The notes under the pieces are model-generated. The model was not told the DNA's origin. It ran no database searches and saw only the letters and a program-made list of their open reading frames with translations. Positions 12,561 through 24,088 of a stretch of 64,000 bases of DNA are shown piece after piece. A program made the translations under genes and the position numbers. Position 1 is the stretch's first letter. Each line of letters opens with the position of its first letter. This stretch comes from Selaginella moellendorffii. Lineage: Eukaryota; Plantae; Lycopodiophyta. The DNA is taken from positions 3,108,559-3,172,558 of the forward strand of contig NW_003314268.1 in the NCBI RefSeq assembly GCF_000143415.4, given 5' to 3'.

Positions 12561-13735
12561 GTCGTCTCCTGTGAAGATGCTCGGTTCGATTACGCGCTCC
12601 GTTTTCAACTAACCGGAAACTTCAGCTGACGAAGAACAATAAGCCTAAAAGCGAATCCAACCGGGCGGTGAGTGCCCTGCTTTTATTTCCATTGTGAAGA
12701 TGGCTAGAAGCTGAACCTTTTCTCCTTTTCTTTTCTTGTGTGATATTGTTTCAGAGTTTCAGAGTTGAGGATCCCGTGCCACACGAACTACCATCTGAAA
12801 GCGATATGGCCGACCTTCATATCATCCTGGTTAACGCTGAGAAGAGAATCAGAGCACTGACTGCCTCCAAAACTACATCGGTGAAAAAGGCCAGAAGAAG
12901 TGTGAAGAAGAAACATGGCCAGCTATGTGAGGCTCCATTGGGCGGGCCTTTTGTGTTGCCTCTCTCGAGGAGCCCAAGGAGGAGCTCTTGTTTTCCTGAA
13001 GTTCTTTCATACCCGACAATGGTTTATAGCAGCAAGGCTGACGCAATGCAGTTCTGAGGAAGAGTTGTGGCCATCACGGGTTGATAAATGGAGGTTTAGC
13101 AGTCCAGATGAAGACCTTTCTATTGGCTCGAGCACTTCAGCAGATTTCGGTCAGATTACCGGTCAGAATTCGGTCTTAAGGAGAGAGAGTTTGGAAGTCC
13201 CATCTCTCGGACCTTTGGGACGACTTCGTTATTCTCCAGGTGCTTTAATTCAAGCAAGATACTCGAGCAACGTTGCGGCAGAAAGAAAGTGCAGCGCTCC
13301 GGGCGAGGAAGTGGTCCGAGTCTTCCGGACGGAGGCGCGAAAATGAGGATATGTCCGGGAAAGCAGGTGTATCAACACAGGGAAGGCCGAGTTGCGACTC
13401 AGGAATTCAAACGCAACAACAGAGGTGGCAGCGAAAGCTCCGAAAGACCAGCGTCCGGAATCGGGAGAAGCAACTAGACGACGGCCAGGATGTTGAGATC
13501 GGCGTGGAAGGCTAGCAGGCAAAGTAAACAGTGTGGGCGCTAACCTCGTGTTTTTGCAAAAACTTGCAGGAGGATACGTGCGGGATTGAAGTTTCCGCGG
13601 TTGCCAAGTTGTTTCCAGAAGGCTTAGCACTCTATAAAATCCTCTTTTTGATAAGGAGTTGTGGTCATGTTTTCAAGCTATCCTCTTATTCTTCTCTTCG
13701 CTCTTGATCTTCGACATTGTGAGGCTTTTTCCAGT

Positions 13736-15471
13736 ATGGGCACTCGTGTCGCAGATGATAGATGCTATCTCGTAGCACACTATACGAGCGTGTGGTCGTA
13801 CCTGTGGCCTCACATCTCGCATTCTTTGGACGTCGAGAGTGTGAACTTGGATTGGAGGGCGAGATTTTCTCTGTTTATGCTCCGGAGCGTGAGGTCTGTC
13901 TCTCAACCGCTGAAGCACTTTGGAAGATGGGTGGAGAAGGCAATTAACCTTTGTGCATCCAATGGAGGAATTCTCAGGACCTTGTATACTCTTTCGATGG
14001 ATCCACAAGGTAACTAGAATTGATTTCACGGTGTTGACTTTTAATTGTGTGCTGTTCTTCCAGCGCTTGTTGATCCTTCCGAGGATTCGGAGAGCTACCT
14101 AACTTTCAACGGCCACATGGAACCAAGAATCAGCCTCCTCCAAGCCCCTTCGTCTCAGCGTCTGTGTCTTTCATGTCCAGACTCCAAAGCGGTAGCAGAT
14201 GTTTGTGCTATGGCGTCTAAGGTTGCGTATGAGAACCCGAAGTTCATCGAATTTGTCGTGAATCAGAATTGGAAGGTAAGTCCAAGCCTTGCACAACCTC
14301 TGACTCCATCAGCTTCTCCTTCGCAGATGCATCTACTAGGAACTTACAACTGTTGGAACGGTAAGAGGTCGCTATCCAGTTTCATCTGACGTTGCCCTCA
14401 CCCTTTCATGCTACAGAGTTTCAGAAAAAAAACTCGACTCAAGCATTCATCTTCGCGGACCGGGAAACTGATGCCGGAGCCATCGTTCTTGCCTTCCGGG
14501 GAACGGAAGCCTTCAATGCATACGACTGGTGCACAGACTTGGATTTCTCCTGGTACGAGCTCCCGCAGCTCGGCCGTGTCCATCTCGGATTCCTCGAAGC
14601 ACTGGGCTTGGGCGACAGGAACAGGATGCAAAGCTTCCAGAGGTTGAAGCAGAACATCTACGAGAACTCGAGGACTCCGTTGTCACAGACTCCAACATCT
14701 GGATTACCCGACTTTGTCCTCAGCGATGAGACGAAGCTGCTCGCATACGACCACATCAGTGCGGAGCTCGTCACCATCCTCCGGAAACACAGAAACGCAA
14801 AGCTCTACATCACCGGTCACAGCCTCGGCGGTGCTCTGGCGACGCTCTTCACCGCCATGCTCTTCTACAACCGGGAAGAGAATCGAGTCTTTTACAACAC
14901 TGAGGACGACGTTGCCAGGAGGCTCGCGGCGCTCTATACGTTTGGCCAGCCCCGCGTTGGGGACAAGAGCTTTGCGTCCGTCATGGACACCAGCTTAAAC
15001 AAGCCAACCATGAGGTACTTTAGAGTTGTCTACAATAACGACATGGTAGCTCGAGTTCCCTTCGACAACTCTCTGTTTGGCTTCAAGCATTTCGGGAATT
15101 GCTGCTACTTCACTTACAACTACTCCCTCCAGGTACTTTACTTCGAGACACTGCTCTCTGTGTAGGATCCATATTAACGTTCTGCACAGATCCTTCCAGA
15201 CGAGCCATTTCGCAATTTCTTCTCCCCGGTTTACATGGTGCTGTCCCGGCTTTACGCGCTGTTCGAGCTCGTCCAGAGCTTCTTCATGAGCTATAGATAT
15301 GGCGGGGAGTTTAGCGAGACGAGGTTGTCCACTGTGGCAAGGATTGCAGGCTTGCTCGTGCCTGGGATCGCCGGCCACAGCTTGGTGAATTACATCAACT
15401 GCGTCAGGCTGGGGCCCGACCATCTCGATCCGGCGTGCCTGCAAAACACGGAGTGGGATAAATCCCAGTAA
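13736..15471 (+). CDS. Class-3 (fungal-type) triacylglycerol lipase, OBL-like; 5 exons, about 505 aa, apparently intact
   Basis: Exons 13736-14009, 14064-14275, 14327-14360, 14417-15132 and 15190-15471 join in frame. Motifs AFRGTE, VHLGF, ITGHSLGGA (GxSxG), YTFGQPRVGD, RVVYNNDMVARVP and catalytic His in GHSLVNY. Confidence 0.9.
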
Positions 15472-16130
15472 GCATCGCAACTTCGTACATGTCAAATAAA
15501 ACTTACACATGGTGTCACTCAGAAAATATATAAAATGAACACAATTACATTGCCTTCAAAACCGAATGCACAATGGAATTCTCTGTATGGAGACAGGGCT
15601 ATTACTGGTGGAAGTGCAAGCATGGAATGAAACCATGCAATTTATCCTTACCACCCAGAAAGGAACCATAGACAAAGCGTTGATGATCGACTCTATCCAC
15701 CTCGACTATGAGTTCCACAAAAGATGGTGGCATGACTGTGTGGCTTGGACTGCTTGTTGCAACCAGATGTCCTCTATTTCTTAACTACAGCTCTAACTCT
15801 ACAATATCTTTCCACTCCAAGATTGCCACTTGTGCAAAGAGTGCTTCCAAGTTGAAAAGGTTGTTGATGACTGTCGAACAACATTGATTCAAACATTCAA
15901 TCCCATGGTTTTCAGAGAAATGGATTAAATGGAAAAGAGGTCATCACACAGTGCCATCTGCTTGTCTTCTTCTACCAATGTGATCGGGCATGCCGGCTGT
16001 GACCTGCCTGTGGCATTTGGAGAGCAAGATGACTCAATGAACTATGACAAACAAGCTGATTCTTTGGAGGTTAGAAGGTCCATGAAGGAGTTGCCTCTAA
16101 ACCCAAGCAATACATTGGTAATACATTGGT

Positions 16131-16876
16131 AACATAAAAAAACTTGCACTAAAATTATTTGAATCTCATCTTTATCTACAAAATTATATTGATACTGATT
16201 TAATAGATATTGATGGAAGAAGTGTTGTTATAAGAATTCAACATTTAGCTGGAAGTACTCCATATTGTTCTACAGGAATTTCAACTGGAAAACTAATTTT
16301 AGGTGGTTCTCTCCAAAACTCAATAAATGAAATAATTAGAAAGGTAATAAATAAAGCTCTTTCTAGTGAATGTTGAATTATGTCTAATAATTATGTCATT
16401 TGATATATATTAGTAACTCGTTAAAAACCCTTAAATTATTTAGAAAATATAAATATTGTTTTCAAATATTTTGAAAATTGTGATATTACTGTGACTACTT
16501 TAAGTGCTGGTTTCTCTGATCATATTTTATATAAAGGTAAATTTTTACAATCCATTGTATGAATGTACTATATATCAAAATGAATTGTAAACTTGCATTT
16601 GTTTCTGGAAAAAATAATTTATTGGAATCTCCAAATAGTGAATATTTTGGAGAGTGTTTTTTAGATTTGTAAAATGATGGAAATTTAGTGTTATATACTT
16701 CTAAACAAAATGTATTATGATCTCCCAATATGTATTGTTATGACAAACCAAATTGTTTACTTTTAACTTATATTACAGTTGAAGATAATTGTAAACTGGT
16801 GAGTTACTTGACAACATATCCAAGCAGAGATTGGTGGACATTAGATTATTCTAAACATATTGGCTGCTTAAGCTAG
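16131..16876 (+). pseudogene. B-type (bulb/GNA) lectin-domain gene, copy 1, 5'-truncated with multiple stops
   Basis: Colinear with 31812-32612 but has TGA/TAA substitutions, including Q>stop in the QxDxNxVxY motif. Confidence 0.75.
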
Positions 16877-16989
16877 AATTGTCTTACTGAATAGAAAATA
16901 ATTTGCTCTTCAAAATGCAATAATATTTACAAGAATTGAAGAATCCATCCTCTTCATTCCTCTTGACCTTCAGAACTAGCAGCCAAGGG

Positions 16990-17037
16990 GGACATGACTA
17001 GAAATCATGTAGGCTTGCCCGCGCAGGTTCGAATCTG
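16990..17037 (+). pseudogene. tRNA-Ser(AGA) fragment (anticodon arm, variable arm, T arm); shorter copy at about 32726-32761
   Basis: CATGACTAGAAATCATGT-GGCTTGCCCGCGCAGGTTCGAATC matches plant cytosolic tRNA-Ser(AGA). D arm and acceptor stem are missing. Confidence 0.75.
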
Positions 17038-17068
17038 ACCATGATTTTCTTCATTTTCTTTTAATCAC

Positions 17069-17416
17069 CTCCACCACTGCCGCCTCTTGTATCCTTGTCA
17101 TGCCGCTCAACGTTCCTCCTCCTCCTCCTCCCGCTGCCACTGTCTTCTTTCTCTTGGCTCACAGTGCCACTGTGGATGCCGGCCTTGAATTTCCTCCTCC
17201 TCCTCCCAGCCTCATCTTTCCCTTCCCGGGCCCCCGGACCAAATGCTCTAGATCACTGCCATCACTAAACTCATCGCTGCCATTGTGCTCCACCATCTCC
17301 TTGACATGCCCCCTCTTGAGATGGAGGTTGAGCTTGTACTCATAGAACTTGTCACAACCTTTGTAAGGGCATGCGAATGGTCGACCAGTGCCGGTTGCTG
17401 CTGCTGCTGCTGCTGG
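17069..17416 (-). pseudogene. Truncated duplicate of the YY1 last exon
   Basis: Matches about 33010-33360 with internal deletions; stop codon and acidic tail deleted; upstream exons absent. Confidence 0.85.
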
Positions 17417-17669
17417 TTAGAGAAAAGCCGGGAAGGGACTCGACAAATGCTCATTCTCTTCTGAACAACGAACACGGTCCAAGCAGCATCCGAAGAATTC
17501 TGGGATGTACAAACCGCGAGACACAAGTGATGAGACAACAATAATGATGGCGACGATGGCTTATCTTCTTCTCTGAAGGAAACAGAAGGGAGGAAAAAAT
17601 CTCCCAGCATCAAGTCTTTGTTGTTTTTGCAAGTGCAGTTCAAGTTCTAGTGGCATTTCCCTCAACCAG

Positions 17670-19101
17670 TGTGACATCTAACTTGCTTAAGGTGGTCGAT
17701 CCAATCAATCTCCTCTATGTATTTATATTATCTCTAATGGGTTTAGTGAGAACTAAACCAAATAAAAGGAGAGAACTACCATAAGTAATTTAATAAGTCT
17801 CTAAGTTGGAGAGACTATGCTCTTTAGAGGATGGGCAAGGTATAGTGAGCCTTTGGTATTAAACTATTGACAAATATTGGCTAGGTGTCAAGGATGAAAA
17901 ATGGTAATCAATGATGAGTTTATTTTATAAAATGGTTTATCATTCAATGAGAATATCAAACTTTGTATATGTGTGGTGGAGTTGGGAGACATAAATCCCT
18001 AAGCCCCAAAGTCAAGTAGAAAGGGTGCCACATGGTAATGGTTGAAGTGGAAGTCCAACAAGCATAACATATATGGACCAAAGGCTTTGACTTGGAAAGT
18101 CGAAAGTGAGAGTGGAACTCCAAATGAAATGCTCGAGGATGAGTACGAAACAATTGATGAATGAGTCTCTAAAAAGGGACACAAAAAGGATTGACATATG
18201 GCAAGTGTCATAATACACGGAAGTGTCAGAAATGAGTTTGAAAAGGAGTCCAAGAAGGACTCGAGATGGAGTCCAAGGACCTGAGATGGAGTTTAAGAAG
18301 GACTTGAGATGGAGTTCGAGATGGACCTGAAAAGGAGTCCGAGATGGAGTCCAAGATGGACCTGAGATGGAGTTTAAGATGGACCCAAGATGGAGTCCGA
18401 AATGAATCCAAGATGGAGTTTGAGATGGACCTGAGATGGAGTCCGAGATGGATCCAAGATGGAGTCTGAGATGGACTTGACATCGAGTTCGAGATGGACC
18501 CGAGGTTGAGTCCGAGATGGACCTGAGATGGAGTCTAAGGTCGAGTCTAAGATGGAGTCTGAGGTCGAGTCTGAGATGGACCTGAGATGGAGTACAAGGT
18601 CAAGGTCGAGAAAGAGATTGAGACCGAGACCGAGACTAAGTCCAAGACCAAGACTAAGTCCGAGACCAAGTCCGATCAAGTCTAATTTTGAGTCCAATAG
18701 TGAAAGCCTAAAGTGTTTATCTCCCAAACCCTAGGGGGTTTGGTTTGGTGAGTTCCAAAAGTATAGTAAAGGGGAGGACTCTAGTGGAGTCAATTTGGCC
18801 AAGAAAAACCAATGTAACTAAGGAAGGTTATACCCATATGTTGGGTGATGATATAACCACTAAAGAGTCCAATGCTAAAGTAAATATAAATAAATAAGTA
18901 GAGTAGCTTGGTGAAGTGTTCAAGAGCTAGCACTAGCTCCCTTAAGAAAGTAAATGGTCAATGCTCCCAATCCAAATATGGGTGGCACTACATACGTGGA
19001 TACCTAGTGTGGCTTATTGAAACCTCGCTCTAGCCATATAGCTAGAGCACCTAAAGGTGGAAGGTGGGGGAGAGTACCCACGAGGCTCGTGTATGACCAT
19101 G
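17670..19101 (+). mobile_element. Family-A element 3' end (internal remnant, PPT GGTGGAGT, 3' LTR from 17983), interrupted at 19101
   Basis: Reverse-complement similarity to 20513-20760 and to the LTR; breaks where the opposite-strand LTR begins. Confidence 0.8.
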
Positions 19102-22100
19102 TGTAAGTGACTAAATTTTCCATTCTACTTTAGTCATTTAACCATACCTTCAAACACTTAAAGGAGTGTCATTCACAACCTTCATAAGTCCAATTCAAGA
19201 CTTAAGGACTTGCTAGCCCCAAAAATGGCATTCATGCCACTCAACCATTGCACTTGGTCCAAGTGCTCCACGTGTCCGATCCCATGACCAACACCCCAAG
19301 GTACCACCGACATACTAGCCCATTACGCTAAGGCCATGCCCATTCACCTTGGTCACACTAGTGGTCCAACACCACTTCTCAAAGATTGGGCCATCCGTCC
19401 ATGAGTGACCATCCTAGGTCCATTCCTTAGCATCCTTAAGATGCCCATAGACATGGGGAACAGCCTTCCCCAATATCCCTTTAACAATCCCCACCAAGAT
19501 CCTTTTTTGTCCATGGTTGTGTTCACCAACACTACCACTGGATCAAGGCCCACAAGCCTGACCACTAAGTCCCACTGTCCTCAGGGACTTCCTCACCACA
19601 TGACCATATCATTAGTCACTACACCAGCGAATCACTACTCTTCCTTTCTATAGTCTAGGACTTTGGGGAGAACATTTCGGAACACCATGGCCCTACGCGA
19701 GCCTCATAGGTACTCTCCCCACCTTTTGCCTTTTGGTGCTCTAATCGTGGGCTTAGAGCAAGGTTCCATTGAGCCATGCCAAGTATCCAAGTAGGTAGTG
19801 CCACCCACACTTGGATTGGGAGCATTGACCATTTGATCTCCCAGAGGAACTAGAGTTGGCTCTTGAACACTTCACAAAGCTACCCCACTTGTTAGTTTGT
19901 ATTCACTCTAGCCTTGGACTTCCCAGTGGTTATCCCATCACCTAACACCTGAGTATAGTCTTCCTGGGCCAAACTGGCATTTCCTGGCCAAATTGGCTCC
20001 AGTGGAGTCCTCCCCCTACTATACTTTTGGAGCTCACCAAACCCCCTAGGGTCTGGGAGACGAACGCTTTGGGCTTTCACCCTCTCAGACTCAAACTCGG
20101 CCTTGGACTCGGACTCGGACTCGGGATTGGGCTCGGTCTTGGCCTCGGTCTCGGTCTTGATCTCGGTCTCAATCTCGGTTTCGGTTTTAGTCACGGTCTC
20201 GGTCTCGGTCTCGACTTCGGACTCTGTCTTGGACTCCATCTCGGGTCCATCTTGGACTCCATCTCAGACTCCATCTCAGGTCCATCTCGTGTTATATGTT
20301 GGTCCTGTTGTGTCCCTTTTCTAAAGACTCTTTTATTGCTCACTTCATGCTCATTCCTTGAGCACTCTGCTGGGAGTTCCACTCCCGCTCTCGACATTTC
20401 AAGTTAGAGCCTTTTAGTCCAAACGTGTTATGCTCGTTTGGCTTTCGCTCCAGCCATTACCACATGGCACTCTTTTGGCTCTACTTTAGGGCTTAGGGAT
20501 TTGTGTCTCACAACTCCACTACCCATAGACGAAGTTCGATGTTCTCATCGAACGATAAACCATTTTATAAAGTAACACTAGCATGTATTACCTTTTCCAT
20601 CCTTGGCACCTAGCCAATATTCATCAACATTTGACACCGAAGGCTCACCATGCCTTGTCCAACCTCTAAGGAGCATAGTGTTTCCAACATAAAGACTCAT
20701 TTGACCACTTCAAGTGGTTCTCTCCCTTTTATTGGTTTAGCTCTGGCTAAACCCATTAGAAACACCTTTTCTAGCTCAATCCCACTACTCATTCTTGAGT
20801 AGTCTCAACTTTTATTGACATAACCAATTCACTTTGGAACTTTTAATTTTGACCTCTTGAAGTCAATTTCCTTGGTGTTTCCAACACCTTTCATTGCACA
20901 TATTATGCAACTTCACTTCCCCATCCTAGGAAGTTCTCCATTTGAGGGCACCATCATCCTCCTTTCTATTTTGTGCCACCTTTGGCACTAAGTTCCAGCT
21001 ATCGTAAGTTGTGCTAGAGCTATTCACGGCCCTATCATTTGGCTACTTTGCTACTCCCTTCTTTGGAGCTTTCACCTTTGCCAACTTGGAGCAATTGGGA
21101 ATCCATTTTTGGAAGCACACTTCCTTTCTCACAATCCGTTAGCATCCAACACATTAATGTCCCATGCCTAACTTTGCCATTTGGATTCCTTCCAATGAAC
21201 TCCATGGCCCACACTTGGCCACTAGTTTTTTTTGCTTTTATCCATTGATTGTTGCACTGAGCAACATAAGATCACTACCTCCATTCTCGAGGTATCCTTT
21301 TGGTTTCATGGCAAAAGCTCTACTTGGCTAAGTCCAGAGGGTGCTCACCCCTAGTAGGTCTCTTTAACATTTTCTGCTACGGGCTTTGTTTATGGCCCAA
21401 CTTTGCAACCCTCCCATAGGTCTTTCCTAGAGACTACTTTTTTGGATTTACTATACCATCATATTGGCACAACTGATTTCCCTTTATGTCCTTCCCACTT
21501 GGTCACCTTGACCAAGCCACACCATTATCAATAGTTCAAATCAACACTTTGAACTAGAAATCATATTCCTTAACCTAAATAAGGACTTTGTCCTTGTTTA
21601 GCCACAAGATCACCTAGTGATCTCATCTTGACCCCTTAACAAATCTACCAATAGAAACTAAGTCCTCTAGACCCTTTTAAATTGTTGACTATGACCCCAG
21701 GGGCATCCCCCACACTTGGCGGTGTGCCCAAGCTAGCCCTTTCGACTAAGGATCCATAGCAACTAAGACTGGGTGTCCCCATTTCATTCACCACGTCTTT
21801 GGTGCCTTTTGTACCAAAGTATTCAAGTTAGATATGCCGAGCTTTCACTCTAAGCAATCTAATTGTGCATCACGACTCTGAGGCATCCCTTGCTTGGCGG
21901 TATGCCCAAGCCAATCTCCTCATTGAAAGTCCATGACCACCAAAATATGAGTGTCTTCATATTCCAAACCATCACCACGCTCTAGTGATTTGGGACTCAA
22001 ACCCAAGCACTAGAGGGTCGGGACTCGAACCCAACCTCCATATATGCATCTACGAACAACATCACACATGATGCCTAGCGTGACTCCCCACACCGGTGCA

Positions 22101-24088
22101 CCAATTTATATCCAAAGCACGCTACGGATCATAGCTTAGGAACCTAGTCCCTCCAAATTGCCAAGTCCTCTCATTTGACAAGTCTATGATCATGCATAGA
22201 CTCCTCCATGTTTGGCCCCATGGGCCACCCCTTTTGAAGTTAACACCTTTAACTAGGGGATTTGTTCCCCTGCATTCTCGCTTAGCAAGTCATCTGACCA
22301 ATGTAACATAGTTTCATGCATAAGCGTGAAAGTCCTTGACCATCGACTTTCATTCAAAATCATCCTTTTGAACACTCGGGAACTACTTCCCAAACCTTAA
22401 TAACATTGCCTTATAGCAAACTTCAAGACCATGCTTTTGCTGTGCCACTCTAATTTCGCGCATTCTATAAACCATTTACATTTGGCTTTCTAGATACTAT
22501 GCCACCTAAAATTGTCTTTGGGAACTTTGAAGGAATTCTATCCCTTAGCTTGTTAAGGCCTCTCCTTTCGCAAGCTTTCTAATTGCTATATGGTCTAGTG
22601 TGGACAATTTTATGCTTTAGACTCTTCATGGCACCACGGTTGCTAGTAATAACATGCTCGAGCGCCCACTTGATTCTTCACTCTCAACTGACATAACCAC
22701 CTTTAGTTATGCTCTTCAATTCCTATGGTTTGGTTCAATCCTCTTACTACTTGCTTTTAGCCTCACACATTTCCTTCGGTTATTTGCCTCCAAACTAGGA
22801 GGATAGATTTGCACTTTCTACCATGCCTTAGCAAGTATTCTTAAGAATGAACCTACCCAATAGCCTAGGGAATGGTTTCTCAATCCGGGTATGTTCACCT
22901 TATAATCCCACACACCAAGATTAATGTTGCTATATATGGGCTTTTATATGCCCATCACTAACCTTTGCCAAAATTCCATTTTTGGCTTTGTTTAATTCGA
23001 GTAGATGGACTTCTTCCGTCATTGCAACATTTGACATTTGGATAGCATCTTTTATTCATCATTCACTAAGGACTTAGTCCCTTGGGCCTTATTTATTGCC
23101 CTCGTGACATCAAACAACACCTCCTGGTGTTCTAGAGTGTTTGGGTGTCCTAATGATGGCATCTTTGCCAATGAGCATTCCCTTTTACGACATTGACTTA
23201 CTATATTGGCACATAAGTAATTTATCCCCCTATAAGAGTATATCTAACTTTCTTATGCCATTAAAAAGTCTTGGGTAGTTACCTACTACCAGTTTAACCA
23301 AATATTTTACACCTTTTGTTTAGTTGCCTCATAGTTATTAAGTCCTACAACTCATTGTTAGTGCTTCCACACCTCCATCATTATCTGGGTCACCACACTC
23401 AAACTATATACCTTCCAGCTTAGGCTATGCCATTTCCATTTCCATTAGGATTCCTTTGGGAAAGGGTTCTCATAAACCCGCCAACTCACATTAAAGCATC
23501 AAACCTTGACACATTCAGTGTCTTCACACCATCGGCTCCATGAGCTTACCTTTATAACACTTCTTACTTGTGTCTATATCCTTGCCAAGACCAATACAGT
23601 TCTTTCTCATGCCAACTATCTGTTAGTACTGAACCATAGAGTTTACTCACAACTTTGTGTCAAAGTTGTTTTCTTCTAGGAACACGTTCCCTACAACTTT
23701 AGTATAGCACATTCCACCATCGATGAGATACTCACTGTTCTCATACTTGGATCCTATGATCCTTCCCAACCTTCATGGGGCACAACACATCTTAGTCCAA
23801 ATGCTTTTAGCAATCCTTAATCATTCGACTCTACTTGAGTCATCTAGCATTTTTGTACTTTAAAATCCAATGACCCATAAAGTCCTATTTGAGGTGCCAG
23901 CTCGTTGGAATACAATTTCTTGTATTCATGTCCTACTCACAAAGACCATCTTTGCAAGTGTCACTCCAACACTTAATGTTGTTCCTTGGGGCACCTTGCC
24001 CCTTTGGACTACTTGTTCATGTGATGAGAATACCAACTCATCCTCTAAGTACACCCCTAACTCCTTGGGTTGTTCCAGCATTTATCAA
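19102..24088 (-). mobile_element. Family-A element: 3' LTR 19102-20512, PPT (GGGTAGTGGAGT) and about 3.6 kb decayed internal region
   Basis: LTR with TG...CA ends and a purine tract adjacent at 20513-20524. Internal region has no intact ORF and I could not recognise pol motifs in it. Confidence 0.75.

Larger units (their letters stand above)
5497..17416 (+). repeat. Segmental duplication, copy 1 (partner about 26471-33360)
   Basis: Colinear near-identity, e.g. TTTGCTTAGAGTAGTGTAGAATATAC at about 5505 and about 26478; shared lipase, lectin, tRNA-Ser fragment and YY1 last exon. Confidence 0.95.
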
